From NCBI GenBank assembly GCA_010909165.1, contig MU008169.1, positions 806,001-870,000 on the forward strand: a stretch of 64,000 nucleotides of DNA, read 5' to 3'. The notes beneath the pieces are model-generated. The model was not told where the DNA came from. It searched no databases and saw nothing but the letters and a program-made list of their open reading frames with translations. Numbering within the stretch: position 1 is the stretch's first letter; every line of letters begins with the position of its first letter. A program made the translations under genes and the position numbers. Positions 51,389 through 62,184 of this stretch are shown piece after piece. The stretch comes from Anthoceros angustus. Taxonomy: Eukaryota; Plantae; Anthocerotophyta.

Positions 51389-52165
51389 CAACTTTAGCCT
51401 TGTGGTGAAGGCAATGCTGCTGAGGTCTCTGGTGCTTTGGTTAAATGAGGGTTGAAAGAAAATGGGAGCTCCCAAACCTCTGTTGCTGTCATACATATTG
51501 CGTCTTGAGGGATGCTGCTATCGGCAGATGTGGCCAGCTAGTTCCAGCCTTCACCTCAGCCCTAACTGTGATGCCGAGCTTGGTACCAGCTGATGAAAGG
51601 TCACAGGCACTGCACTGAAGCAGACCAACTCCCTGGAAGCTGAGCTCAGTACAACCGGTGAGCTCACATGAATTTGACTGGACTTGCACTCAGCCTATTC
51701 ACAGGCACTGCACTGGCAAGCTGGCTAAGCCATTGTGCATGGAATGGCTGGGCATAAGCTATGCATAGGAAGCGTGGGGCATGCCTGAGTTGCTGCAGGA
51801 GGAGGCCCCACATATTTCGTCCTGTGCGTAGGGTTCTTTTCAGCTGGTTGCTCGCTAACTGTGATCCGCAAGGCACTGGATCCGACTGCTTTCAATCGCT
51901 GGCGTTATGGAAGCAAGTAACACAGGATACCAGATTTATTATCTGAAATCGATAAAATGGCAACGTTGTAGAACTTTTGAGTACGCAAGTTGCATTGGCC
52001 GAATCGAACCCCGGACATTGTGTGTACATTGTTCTAGTGGACATTGTTCTACAACAACAACAACAACAACTTTATTTATACAACAACAACAACAACTTTA
52101 TTTATGTCCACTAAGGATGGAAGAACCATCATGGGACAGAGATAGTACAGCGAAAAGAGGTTTAA

Positions 52166-53562
52166 ATACCGAGTTCAAGCTTCCAAGTTCTAGGAGTTGG
52201 TCTGAATGCCTAGGGGTAGTGCATGTGACCTCCTCAGCTGATACCATGGCCACACCTGCCCATGGCAGCATCCCTCAAGAAGTATAACAGCAACAAGAGG
52301 TTCCAGAGCTCCCCAATTGTCTTTAAACCCCCACTTAACCAAAGCACCAGAGCACTCAGCAGCATTGCCTTCTCTATTATAGCATTGAGATCACCAAGAG
52401 GCCAAAGTCGACGTGACTCAGGTTCCTAGGCCCTTGTAGGTCAGAACCTGAACAGGCTAAAGTCACTCAGTGGGCCTTTCTTCAGGCTCTGACGTACAAG
52501 GGCCTAGGTTGCTGAATATTTTCATCTTCCTCCAAAATATGCTTATCCTCGAGGATTTTGGCGTTGCTGTCTTCTCTTGGCCTGCAAACATGGCCACGCA
52601 TTGCCTTCAAACAGAGTGAAGCAGCTCTACAAAAGATGTCAAAGTGAAGCTCACGGCCGCAGGAGATACGAATGGACACCAGTGGTGCTCACAGCCCGGA
52701 GAGGAGCGAAGAACTCCACATTCATTGCAGCTCTCACATGACCACAGAGACAGCACACTTGACCACATTCTGAATTCCGTTCATAGTCATGTATACAGCC
52801 GATCGGCTTTCTGCTGTTGCTCCGTTTCAATAGCTGCAGGTTGACTACAATGCAGGTTTACTGTTATGAATAGTACGCAACGCGGAAATGTGCTTTACAA
52901 GGGTACCCATAGAACCGCTAAAGAAACCAAAGTTGATGTTACCTCTCCAAGCGCTTCAGCCAAGAGCCTGCCTCCAGAGTTGTGCCATCTCATATTCCTT
53001 GGCCCAGGGCTCTGTGTCTGACATATCTGTGCTCTCTTGACACACAGTGCCTTTCCTCGTCGGGAAGGTCTTCCCTTGGATGGAGATGTAGTTTCAGGCT
53101 CCAAACTTGGAGCCTGAACTCGGACTGGGTCTGGAGTATTCGGATCGTAGGTCGGAGATAGAGGCTCAGCCTCCAAACTTAGACCCTGGACTCGGACTGG
53201 GTCTGGGGTCTTCGGACCCTAGGTTGGAGATGTAGGCTCAGCCTCCAAGCTTGCAGCCTGGACTCGCACTGGGTATGGAGTCATCGGACCCTTGGTTGGA
53301 TTTATAGTCTCAGCCTCCAACATGGAAGCCTGGACTGTGACTAGGCCTCGGGCTAAGCCCTTCATTTTTGCCCGAACCGTGGTGTTGGCTACGGTTGTTC
53401 CCATTCAAACCTGCAACTCCTTTGCAGCAAGCAGCCCGCCCGCAGAATCTTGAAAAAACCTTCCAGAGAGAGCTGCGACAGTGGACTGGCTGGCTCCCTC
53501 TGTGCTGCCATCAGGAGTCACCTAGTCTGGCCGACTAAGCTTCAAGTCATTTCTGACAAGCA
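52166..53562 (-). repeat. Inverted copy of 35618-36923 (antisense CLSY 5' exons)
   Basis: Identical mirror ORFs 36411+/52482- and 36246-/52644+. Confidence 0.95.
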
Positions 53563-53808
53563 GGTTTCTCTTTACACCGAGAATGATGATACATATAATC
53601 AAATGACGCACAGATGTTCATCCCTGCCCTGGGCACTAGATTCCTACTCTGCTCGTGAAAATGTGGTGACATGTGAGCGTAGTTGGCGGTGATAAGGTAA
53701 CGGTCAAGATCCAATCTTAGATCCCAAGAGCTGATGCCCTTGATTGGCGGGCAGCCTCTCGGCTGGGATCAGGAAGTACCTGGTTTCGCTGAAAAGGAGC
53801 CAAGTCAT

Positions 53809-56697
53809 TTGTGACAAGGCTCCCAGATAGGATGCAGTGCAGTGCAAACCATAAGGTACATAAGACTACCTACGGTGAGGAATAAGGAGGAGGAGTAGTG
53901 TCACTGTTGTCCTGTTGATCCACCTCTTTGCTTAGCTTAAGGTTCATTTCCATGGGTGTTGAGATAGGCCTAGATTCTAACATCTTAAACTTTGTTAAGA
54001 TTTCTTGAATATATTTTGATTGGTGAATGAGAATGCTTCTAGCCTTTCTATCCCTTAAGACCTAAATGCCCAAGCAAAGGAAAGCTCTCTACAAGTGGTC
54101 ATGGAGAAACGCTTAGCTAGCATAGATGGTCTCTTCTAGTATGGCCTTAGTGTTGGACATAAGAACTATATCGTCTCATTATACCCCTAAGACGATAAAG
54201 TAAATGCTTGATCTTTTAATGTAGATATTATTATCGAGTTTAACTTAGTGAAACCTAGTTCCTTAAGGCTGGCGTCTAGCTTAAAATACCATTTCATAGC
54301 ACTCTTAAGTCCGTATAAGGACTTTAATAGTAGGCATGCATTGTACTTTGTCCTATCCTTAACATATATCCCTTGAGAATCTCCATGTAGATGGTGTGGT
54401 CGAGATCTCCATATAATAAAGCTGTCTTAATGTCAAGTTGCATTAGCTCATAGTCATGGTGAGATGCTAAGGCTAGGAGGATCCTAAGTGAGGTTATCTT
54501 AAGTACGGGACTAAAAGTTTCATCATAATCAAAACCATATTTTTGAGAGTATCCTTGGCTACTAATCTAGCCTTGTATCTCTCTATGCTACCATCGGCAT
54601 TTAATTTGATCTTGAAGGTCCACTTAGATCCCACAAGTTGTCTATCCTTAGGTAGAGTAGTTAAAGTCCAAGTTTTATTGGCTTGTAGGGATTCTAGTTC
54701 GACACGATTGCTTGTTTCGTGTTCCTTTTGTGGGCATGATGGCCTCTGGTAGTGGCGAGGACAAAGCGATCTATAGCATTAAGACAATATGCTAAATTGC
54801 TCTTGGGATCCTTGATTAGTAGGAGAATATCTATATTTTACACATTGGAGCGGTGAGATTGTCTACGCCTAGGCTGGTTAGTGGCGGTGATTGTGGGATG
54901 TCCTCTTGCACATTTTGAAATAAGGGTCTAGAGTTTCCTCGGCTTCAGGCATTTATATGTTGCATATCGGGAGTATTGTAATTAGAAAATCAGATAAATG
55001 CCTACTTGTTGTTGAGGTGCCCGTCGTTTTTGAAAGTCGGGGTCAAGAGCATATTGTGAAAACTCAATGTCACTTGCCGATCCCGGCGCCGAGGCGATGC
55101 TCGGGTCATTGTTCGCTAAATCGATCCGGTGTGTGGCCGATCGAGCATGAGCGGGAATCGGGGCGCGTTGAAGGCCAAGGACCGGGATTGAGAGCTGCGC
55201 AGTGCGTCGGGTTGTGGATTACATTGGTCTTGAGCGCGTCGGCGTGTAGGTGCGGAGAGGTGTTGTGGAGATTCGCCGGAGTTGGGGCGGATCGAAAATT
55301 TGAGTCGAAAATGTCCCTGCTTTACTGCGATTCACGATTTCTCGATTTGATCGTGTCGGCGTGCCGTCCCCTCTCAATCGAAGGGCGTGAGCCGGAGCTG
55401 AGGTGTTTGAGAGTGGATCGGCGAGTCGAAAAGATGGTTTGTGGTGTGTCCTGGTGAAGGGAATGGCGAGGAGGTGCGGTGTGGCGAGGCTGAGACATGG
55501 GCGTGTCGTCTGGGGAGCGGGTTGGGAAGGTTAGGACCGGTGCGAGAAAAGTCCACAGAGCCATCTTCATCATCATCTAGGTTGGTTGGGGCTCCCCGGT
55601 GTGGTGGATGTCCTCGAGGAAGGTGACGTCTGAGTGGGTGACTTTGTGTGTTTGAGGGTGGATAATTTTGTAACCTTTGATCCGTCGGTAAAGCCAATGA
55701 AGCGAAATTTCATGCCTTGTGATCTAGTTTGGTTGGATTGCCTTAGGAATGTGGGCATAGGCAGGGGAACCAAAATCCGTGTAGAGAGATCGGGCTTGAC
55801 TGTCAGCTTCAGAGTGCCAGTGAGAGAGAAGAGGTTGTGGTGCGATGTAGGCATGCGCATTGCCTCCGCCAATAGGTTTTAGGAAGGCGGGCATGAATCA
55901 TCATTGCCAAACCACATTCTGGATGGTCCGATTCATTCTTTCAACCCCATTTTGTTGGGATGTGTAAGGAGTGGTAATTTGACGGTTGATACCATGTTCC
56001 TTGCAGTGGGTGAATTGAGTAGAGCCATATTCTCCACCGTCGGATCTAAGGCATAATAAGGTATCGCCTTGCTTTTCGACTGTGTCTTGTATTCCTTGAA
56101 GCATGGAAATGCTTGGGCCTTGGTCTTGATATATATATAGTAAAGCGAGTGAAATCATCGATAATAAGCATGAAGTAGGTATAACCAAAGAGTGATTTAT
56201 TGAAAGGCCCGGATGTCGAGTGTACTAGTTGAAGGCGCTTGGTAGCTCTTGTGTTGGATGCCTTAGGAAAAGGGCGATGGCTTTTCGAGGGAACAGCTTC
56301 ACAAGTACGTCCTCAATTCGTGAGAGTAATGCCATGGGCTGCTTGTGTGTTGATCATCTCCTTCATTTTCTGCAAATGCATATGCCCAAGCGTGCCAAAG
56401 GAAGGTCCGATTTTGTTTCTGTACTGCTGTTAGAGAGGAAGGGTGACTAACCCTTAGATGATATAGGTCATCATTTTAAGATCACCGGTGGCAATTAGAT
56501 CGCCTTGAGGGGTTTTCAATGGCAGATGGCCATTGCCAAAACAAACATAACATCTTGATCAACTTTTCGTGCGGAAAAGAGGTTTTTGTTAGTCCGGGAA
56601 CTAAGAGGACATCCGAAATCTGCGGTGGAGTGTGGTTGCTGGAGCAATGGAGCCATGGCATAATATGATGTTTGGTGTTATCTCCAAGGGACAAAGT
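53809..56697 (-). mobile_element. Inverted internal Copia segment (reverse complement of 26107-28994), no LTRs
   Basis: Identical mirror ORFs, e.g. 27346-/54957+ and 26615+/55901-. Confidence 0.96.
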
Positions 56698-57193
56698 GGG
56701 AAGAATTTTGGAAGTCCAAATGTAAATCTATCACGAGGACTGCATGTAGCTATCCATGAGGGTATCCAGAACATTCGAAATCTGACTTCCTTTGTAGACT
56801 CTCATGAAGGTGCTGACCTGAAGTCTCTTCCAGGACTACAGGAGTTTGTTGTTCATCTGAAGCTACAGCCTTTGCAAGCGGACCTGGTGGCAAAAGTGCA
56901 GTCAAAGTGTGGCGGTAAAGTTCCAAGTTTAGCCTCACATCAGGTACAACATTGGTGACTGTTCACCCGTCTCTCTGTCCTGACGAATACCAGGACACCT
57001 CTGAGTTTCCTGATCTCGACGGAACAGCCTCGACTCCCGGTAAGGGTGTGAAAGCTGATTTCGTTTTGCAGATCCTATCTCTTTGTGACAAGGCAGGAGA
57101 AAAGCTTATTATTTTCAGCAGTATGCTCAAACCTCTGGAATATATACAGGAGGTGCTACAAAAGCACAAGAGCTGGGCCTGGGAGACAAAGTT
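56688..57193 (+). pseudogene. CLSY/DRD1-like mid-helicase piece embedded in inverted Copia
   Basis: RNLTSFVDSHEGAD..VHPSLCP..GEKLIIFS. Confidence 0.93.
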
Positions 57194-57344
57194 GGGTTGT
57201 CTTTGTAGGTGTAACTTTGGTAAAATATTCCCTATGGGGGTCATGTCTTTGCGAGGCTCCGAATCAATATACAGTGTTCGCCTTGGGCGATAAGCAAGAG
57301 GCTACTAGTGCTAATGGTGTGCTAGTGCCCGGAGGATTGTGGCT
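57185..57344 (-). mobile_element. Inverted Copia piece (reverse complement of 25955-26114)
   Basis: Direct sequence match, 160 bp. Confidence 0.93.
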
Positions 57345-57769
57345 CCAAAAGTGATGGTGGAACCCTGGAAGGATGAGTTCCATAGATGGAATGTGAGGAT
57401 ATCAAGATTCTCACTGTATGACAAGTCCACTGAGACACACGATGTGGAGAAACGTCGTAGAGAGATTCTTCATCAATGGGAGGCAGAGAAAAGTGTCTTG
57501 ATCGTTAGCTACAACATCGCTAGCCGGATCATTCACAAGGAGGAGCACAACATGATGAACTTAGCAATATTCTAGTGGGGACTCCTGATCTGGTAGTCTT
57601 GGATGAAGGACATTTTGTACGCAATGAAGATACCAATGTCCTGCAGGCCTTGAAGAAGGTGAAGACAATGAACAGGGTGATACTGAGTGGCACTTTATTT
57701 CAGAATAACTTCATGGAGTTATACCAGATACTTAGTTTCGTGAAGCCGGAATTTTTGGGGAATGATCCA
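57335..57769 (+). pseudogene. CLSY/DRD1-like ATPase motif Ia-III piece
   Basis: VAPKVMVEPWKDEF..LDEGH..SGTLFQNNF. Confidence 0.93.
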
Positions 57770-58338
57770 CTGGAAAACCATGGCATGGTGATCAACATGG
57801 TCACCTTGACATTCAAGGTGGTAGCTTTTGATTGTATGTATAGTATGCATGATATCATATCATATATCTCATGGTGGGTCCATGCTTAATCTTGTTGTCC
57901 CTCCACTATTGCATTGCCTTGTTTCATACCTGCATGAGCACGTTTTTGCTTGATTATTGTCCTCCCATTGATCTTTCTCTAGTTGTGTTCCTCGTAGGGT
58001 TGGGGATGGGGATGGTGGATTTCAGACTCACTCGTAACCCTGAGCTTGCGCTCTTCGGATATTAGTGATACGAAATTTCCGGATGGGGAAATTGTGTTGC
58101 TTGGCCAAATCAAATTTGTCCTCCTTGGACAGGAAAGGTGGGAGGTAGACATGTTGGGACTTTTTAATTTGATGGAGTGTTTAATGGCTGATGGTATGCT
58201 CTAAGGAGGCAATTGATGTGTATTTGGAGAGTGATCACGTATAGTTTCTGCAGGTGTTAGAATTAGTTTTGTGTGTGTTTCTAGACCTTGTAAATTCTAT
58301 TATCTGATTTTGAAATTCCTCTATTTCGATTGTGGAGG
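57761..58338 (-). mobile_element. Inverted Copia piece (reverse complement of 24963-25541)
   Basis: Direct sequence match. Confidence 0.93.
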
Positions 58339-58379
58339 TGCTTCACTCTGTTTGAAGGAGTTTGTGGCCATGTCTGCAG

Positions 58380-59919
58380 GCCAAGGGAAGACAAAAACGC
58401 AGCGATGAGCATGAGGATTTCTTGGAGGAAGATAAGATATTCAGCAACCTCGGCCCTTGTAGGTCAGAAGCTGAAGAAAGGCCAATTCAAAGGCTGAAGG
58501 TGAAGATTCCTCCTCATTTCATGCCCACGATGAAGGAACATCAGGTGAAAGGATTTCAATTCCTTGTCAAGTCTCTGGATGGCAGAGGAGGATGTATTTT
58601 TCAACATGCTCCAGGAACAGGAAAAACGTTCTTGATGATAGCCTTTGTGAAAGGCTTACTCACTACCTATCCGGCCAAGAAGGTGCTGATTGTGGCTCCA
58701 AAAGTGATGGTGGAACCCTGGAAGGATGAGTTCCATAGATGGAATGTGAGGGATATCAAGATTCTTACTGTGTATGACAAGTCCACTGAGACACACGATG
58801 TGGAGAAACGTCGTAGAGAGATTCTTCATCAATGGGAGGCAGAGAAAAGTGTCTTGATCGTTAGCTACAACATCGCTAGCCGGATCATTCACAAGGAGGG
58901 AGCCCAGCATGATGAACTTAGCAATATTCTAGTGGGGACTCCTGATCTGGTAGTCTTGGATGAAGGACATTTTGTACGCAACGAAGATACCAATGTCCTG
59001 CAGGCCTTGAAGAAGGTGAAGACAATGAACAGGGTGATACTGAGTGGCACTTTATTTCAGAATAACTTCATGGAGTTATACCAGATACTTAGTTTCGTGA
59101 AGCCGGAATTTTTGGGGAATGATCCAGGGTTTTCACAAAAGCGGATGGAACTGGAGAAGGAGCAGGAGAATGACAGACTGCGCAATGGTGGCATGATAAC
59201 CCAGGCAATGGTAGACAAATGGGACAAAGTGGGGAAGAATTTTTGGAAGTCCAAATGTAAATCTATCACGAGGACTGCATGTAGCGACGCTATCCATGAG
59301 GGTATCCAGAACATTCGAAATCTGACTTCCTTTGTAGACTCTCATGAAGGTGCTGACCTGAAGTCTCTTCCAGGACTACAGGAGTTTGTTGTTCATCTGA
59401 AGCTACAGCCTTTGCAAGCGGACCTGGTGGCAAAAGTGCAGTCAAAGTGTGGCGGTAAAAGTTCCAAGTTTAGCCTCACATCAGGTACAACATTGGTGAC
59501 TGTTCACCCGTCTCTCTGTCCTGACGAATACCGGGACACCTCTGAGTTTCCTGATCTCGACGGAACAGCCTCGACTCCCGGTAAGGGTGTGAAAGCTGAT
59601 TTCGTTTTGGAGATCCTATCTCTTTGTGACAAGGCAGGAGAAAAGCTTATTATTTTCAGCAGTATGCTCAAACCTCTGGAATATATACAGGAGGTGCTAC
59701 AAAAGCACAAGAGCTGGGCCTGGGAGACAAAGTTCTGCTTGTTAATGGCAAAGCCACCCTAAGAAATGGTACCATCAAGAGGTTCAATGACAAGAACGAC
59801 CCTTCGAGGGTTCTTCTGGCCTCTATCAAGGCTTGTGGAGAAGGTGTAAACCTTACTGCAGCCTCCAGGATTATACTGTTGGAACCCGTCTTTAACCCCA
59901 GCGTCACTCGCCAAGCGGT
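58380..59919 (+). pseudogene. Main helicase exon of a CLASSY/DRD1-family SNF2 remodeler, truncated inside motif VI
   Basis: 466-aa ORF 58362-59762: MKEHQVKGFQFL, GGCIFQHAPGTGKTF, VAPK..W..EF, LDEGH, SGTLFQNNF, VHPSL, GVKADFV. One 1-nt frameshift near 59720. Continues LLASIKACGEGVNLTAASR..FNPSVTRQAV, then Copia sequence. Confidence 0.94.
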
Positions 59920-60111
59920 TGTAGATCCCTCGCCACGGGTTGAGTAAGTGCCACGTCCTCTGATGCCTCTCATGTTTCCTCTGTCTCGGCCTCTGTCTCC
60001 CTCGAAAGCCGGAGGATGGCTCTCCGGCATGAGCAAAACTTTCCGGCGTCTTCTTGATGGCATTGTATAACTTGTTGATTAGAGGTTTGATGCCTTGGAG
60101 GCTTTGTACGC
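59911..60111 (-). mobile_element. Inverted Copia piece (reverse complement of 25620-25820)
   Basis: Direct sequence match, 201 bp. Confidence 0.93.
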
Positions 60112-61301
60112 AATGAAGATACCAATGTCCTGCAGGCCTTGAAGAAGGTGAAGACAATGAACAGGGTGATACTGAGTGGCACTTTATTTCAGAATAACTT
60201 CATGGAGTTATACCAGATACTTAGTTTCGTGAAGCCGGAATTTTTGGGGAATGATCCAGGGTTTTCACAAAAGCGGATGGAACTGGAGAAGGAGCAGGAG
60301 AATGACAGACTGCGCAATGGTGGCATGATAACCCAGGCAATGGTAGACAAATGGGACAAAGTGGGAAGAATTTTGGAAGTCCAAATGTAAATCTATCACG
60401 AGGACTGCATGTAGCTATCCATGAGGGTATCCAGAACATTCGAAATCTGACTTCCTTTGTAGACTCTCATGAAGGTGCTGACCTGAAGTCTCTTCCAGGA
60501 CTACAGGAGTTTGTTGTTCATCTGAAGCTACAGCCTTTGCAAGCGGACCTGGTGGCAAAAGTGCAGTCAAAGTGTGGCGGTAAAGTTCCAAGTTTAGCCT
60601 CACATCAGGTACAACATTGGTGACTGTTCACCCGTCTCTCTGTCCTGACGAATACCGGGACACCTCTGAGTTTCCTGATCTCGACGGAACAGCCTCGACT
60701 CCCGGTAAGGGTGTGAAAGCTGATTTCGTTTTGGAGATCCTATCTCTTTGTGACAAGGCAGGAGAAAAGCTTATTATTTTCAGCAGTATGCTCAAACCTC
60801 TGGAATATATACAGGAGGTGCTACAAAAGCACAAGAGCTGGGCCTCGGGAGACAAAGTTCTGCTTGTTAATGGCAAAGCCACCCTAAGAAATGGTACCAT
60901 CAAGAGGTTCAATGACAAGAACGACCCTTCGAGGGTTCTTCTGGCCTCTATCAAGGCTTGTGGAGAAGGTGTAAACCTTACTGCAGCCTCCAGGATTATA
61001 CTGTTGGAACCCGTCTTTAACCCCAGCGTCACTCGCCAAGCGGTGAGCCGGGCTTTCCGCGTTGGCCAAGAGAAGAAGGTGATTGCGTATCACCTGGTTG
61101 CAGCAAATACGACCGAGCCAGAAAATCGCCGCCAAGCCTTAGACAAGGAATGGATATCCGTCAATCTCTTCGGGACTGAAGGTATCGTTGACAACAGCGA
61201 CCAGGAAGTGAGTGATCCAGTTAACTGTGCAGATGAGTTCTTTTCAGTCCAATGCTGTAAGGAGACACCTGGACAGGCTATATATCGCCAGAAGGCACTG
61301 A
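60103..61301 (+). pseudogene. CLSY/DRD1-like C-terminal portion through the natural stop
   Basis: ORFs 60139, 60351 and 60617 (HelicC lobe intact over about 200 aa). Confidence 0.93.
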
Positions 61302-62184
61302 CAACTTTAGCCTTGTGGTGAAGGCAATGCTGCTGAGGTCTCTGGTGCTTTGGTTAAATGAGGGTTGAAAGAAAATGGGAGCTCCCAAACCTCTGTTGCT
61401 GTCATACATATTGCGTCTTGAGGGATGCTGCTATCGGCAGATGTGGCCAGCTAGTTCCAGCCTTCACCTCAGCCCTAACTGTGATGCCCGAGCTTGGTAC
61501 CAGCTGATGAAAAGGTCACAGGCACTGCACTGCCAAGCAGACCAACTCCCTAACACTGGAAGCTTGAGCTCAGTACAACCGGTGAGCTCACATGAATTTG
61601 ACTGGACTTGCACTCAGCCTATTCACAGGCACTGCACTGGCAAGCTATGGCTAAGCCATTGTGCATGGAATGGCCGGCTGGGCATAAGCTATGCATAGGA
61701 AGCGTGGGGCATGCCTGGAGTTGCTGCAGGAGGAGGCCCCCACATATTTCGTCCTGTGCGTAGGGTTCTTTTCAGCTGGTTGCTCGCTAACTGTGATCCG
61801 CAAGGCACTGGATCCGACTGCTTTCAATCGCTGGCGTTATGGAAGCAAGTAACACAGGATACCAGATTTATTATCTGAAATCGATAAAATGGCAACGTTG
61901 TAGAACTTTTGAGTACGCAAGTTGCATTGGCCGGGAATCGAACCCCCGGACATTGTGTGTACATTGTTCTAGTGGACATTGTTCTACAACAACAACAACA
62001 ACAACTTTATTTATACAACAACAACAACAACTTTATTTATGTCCACTAAGGATGGAAGAACCATCATGGGACAGAGATAGTACAGCGTAAAAGAGGTTTA
62101 AATACCGAGTTCACTTACGTACATGACTACCAGTGCAAATAACAATTTATCGGTAATTGTGTGTGTAAAATCGCCATTAAAATT

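Noticed and set aside
58362-59762. Intact functional CDS
   Set aside because: It starts inside an intron, lacks adjacent upstream exons and is truncated in motif VI
56688-60111. Ciliate-style scrambled gene with programmed pointers
   Set aside because: The microhomologies are shared between CLSY and Copia rather than between consecutive CLSY segments, and the CLSY pieces are redundant
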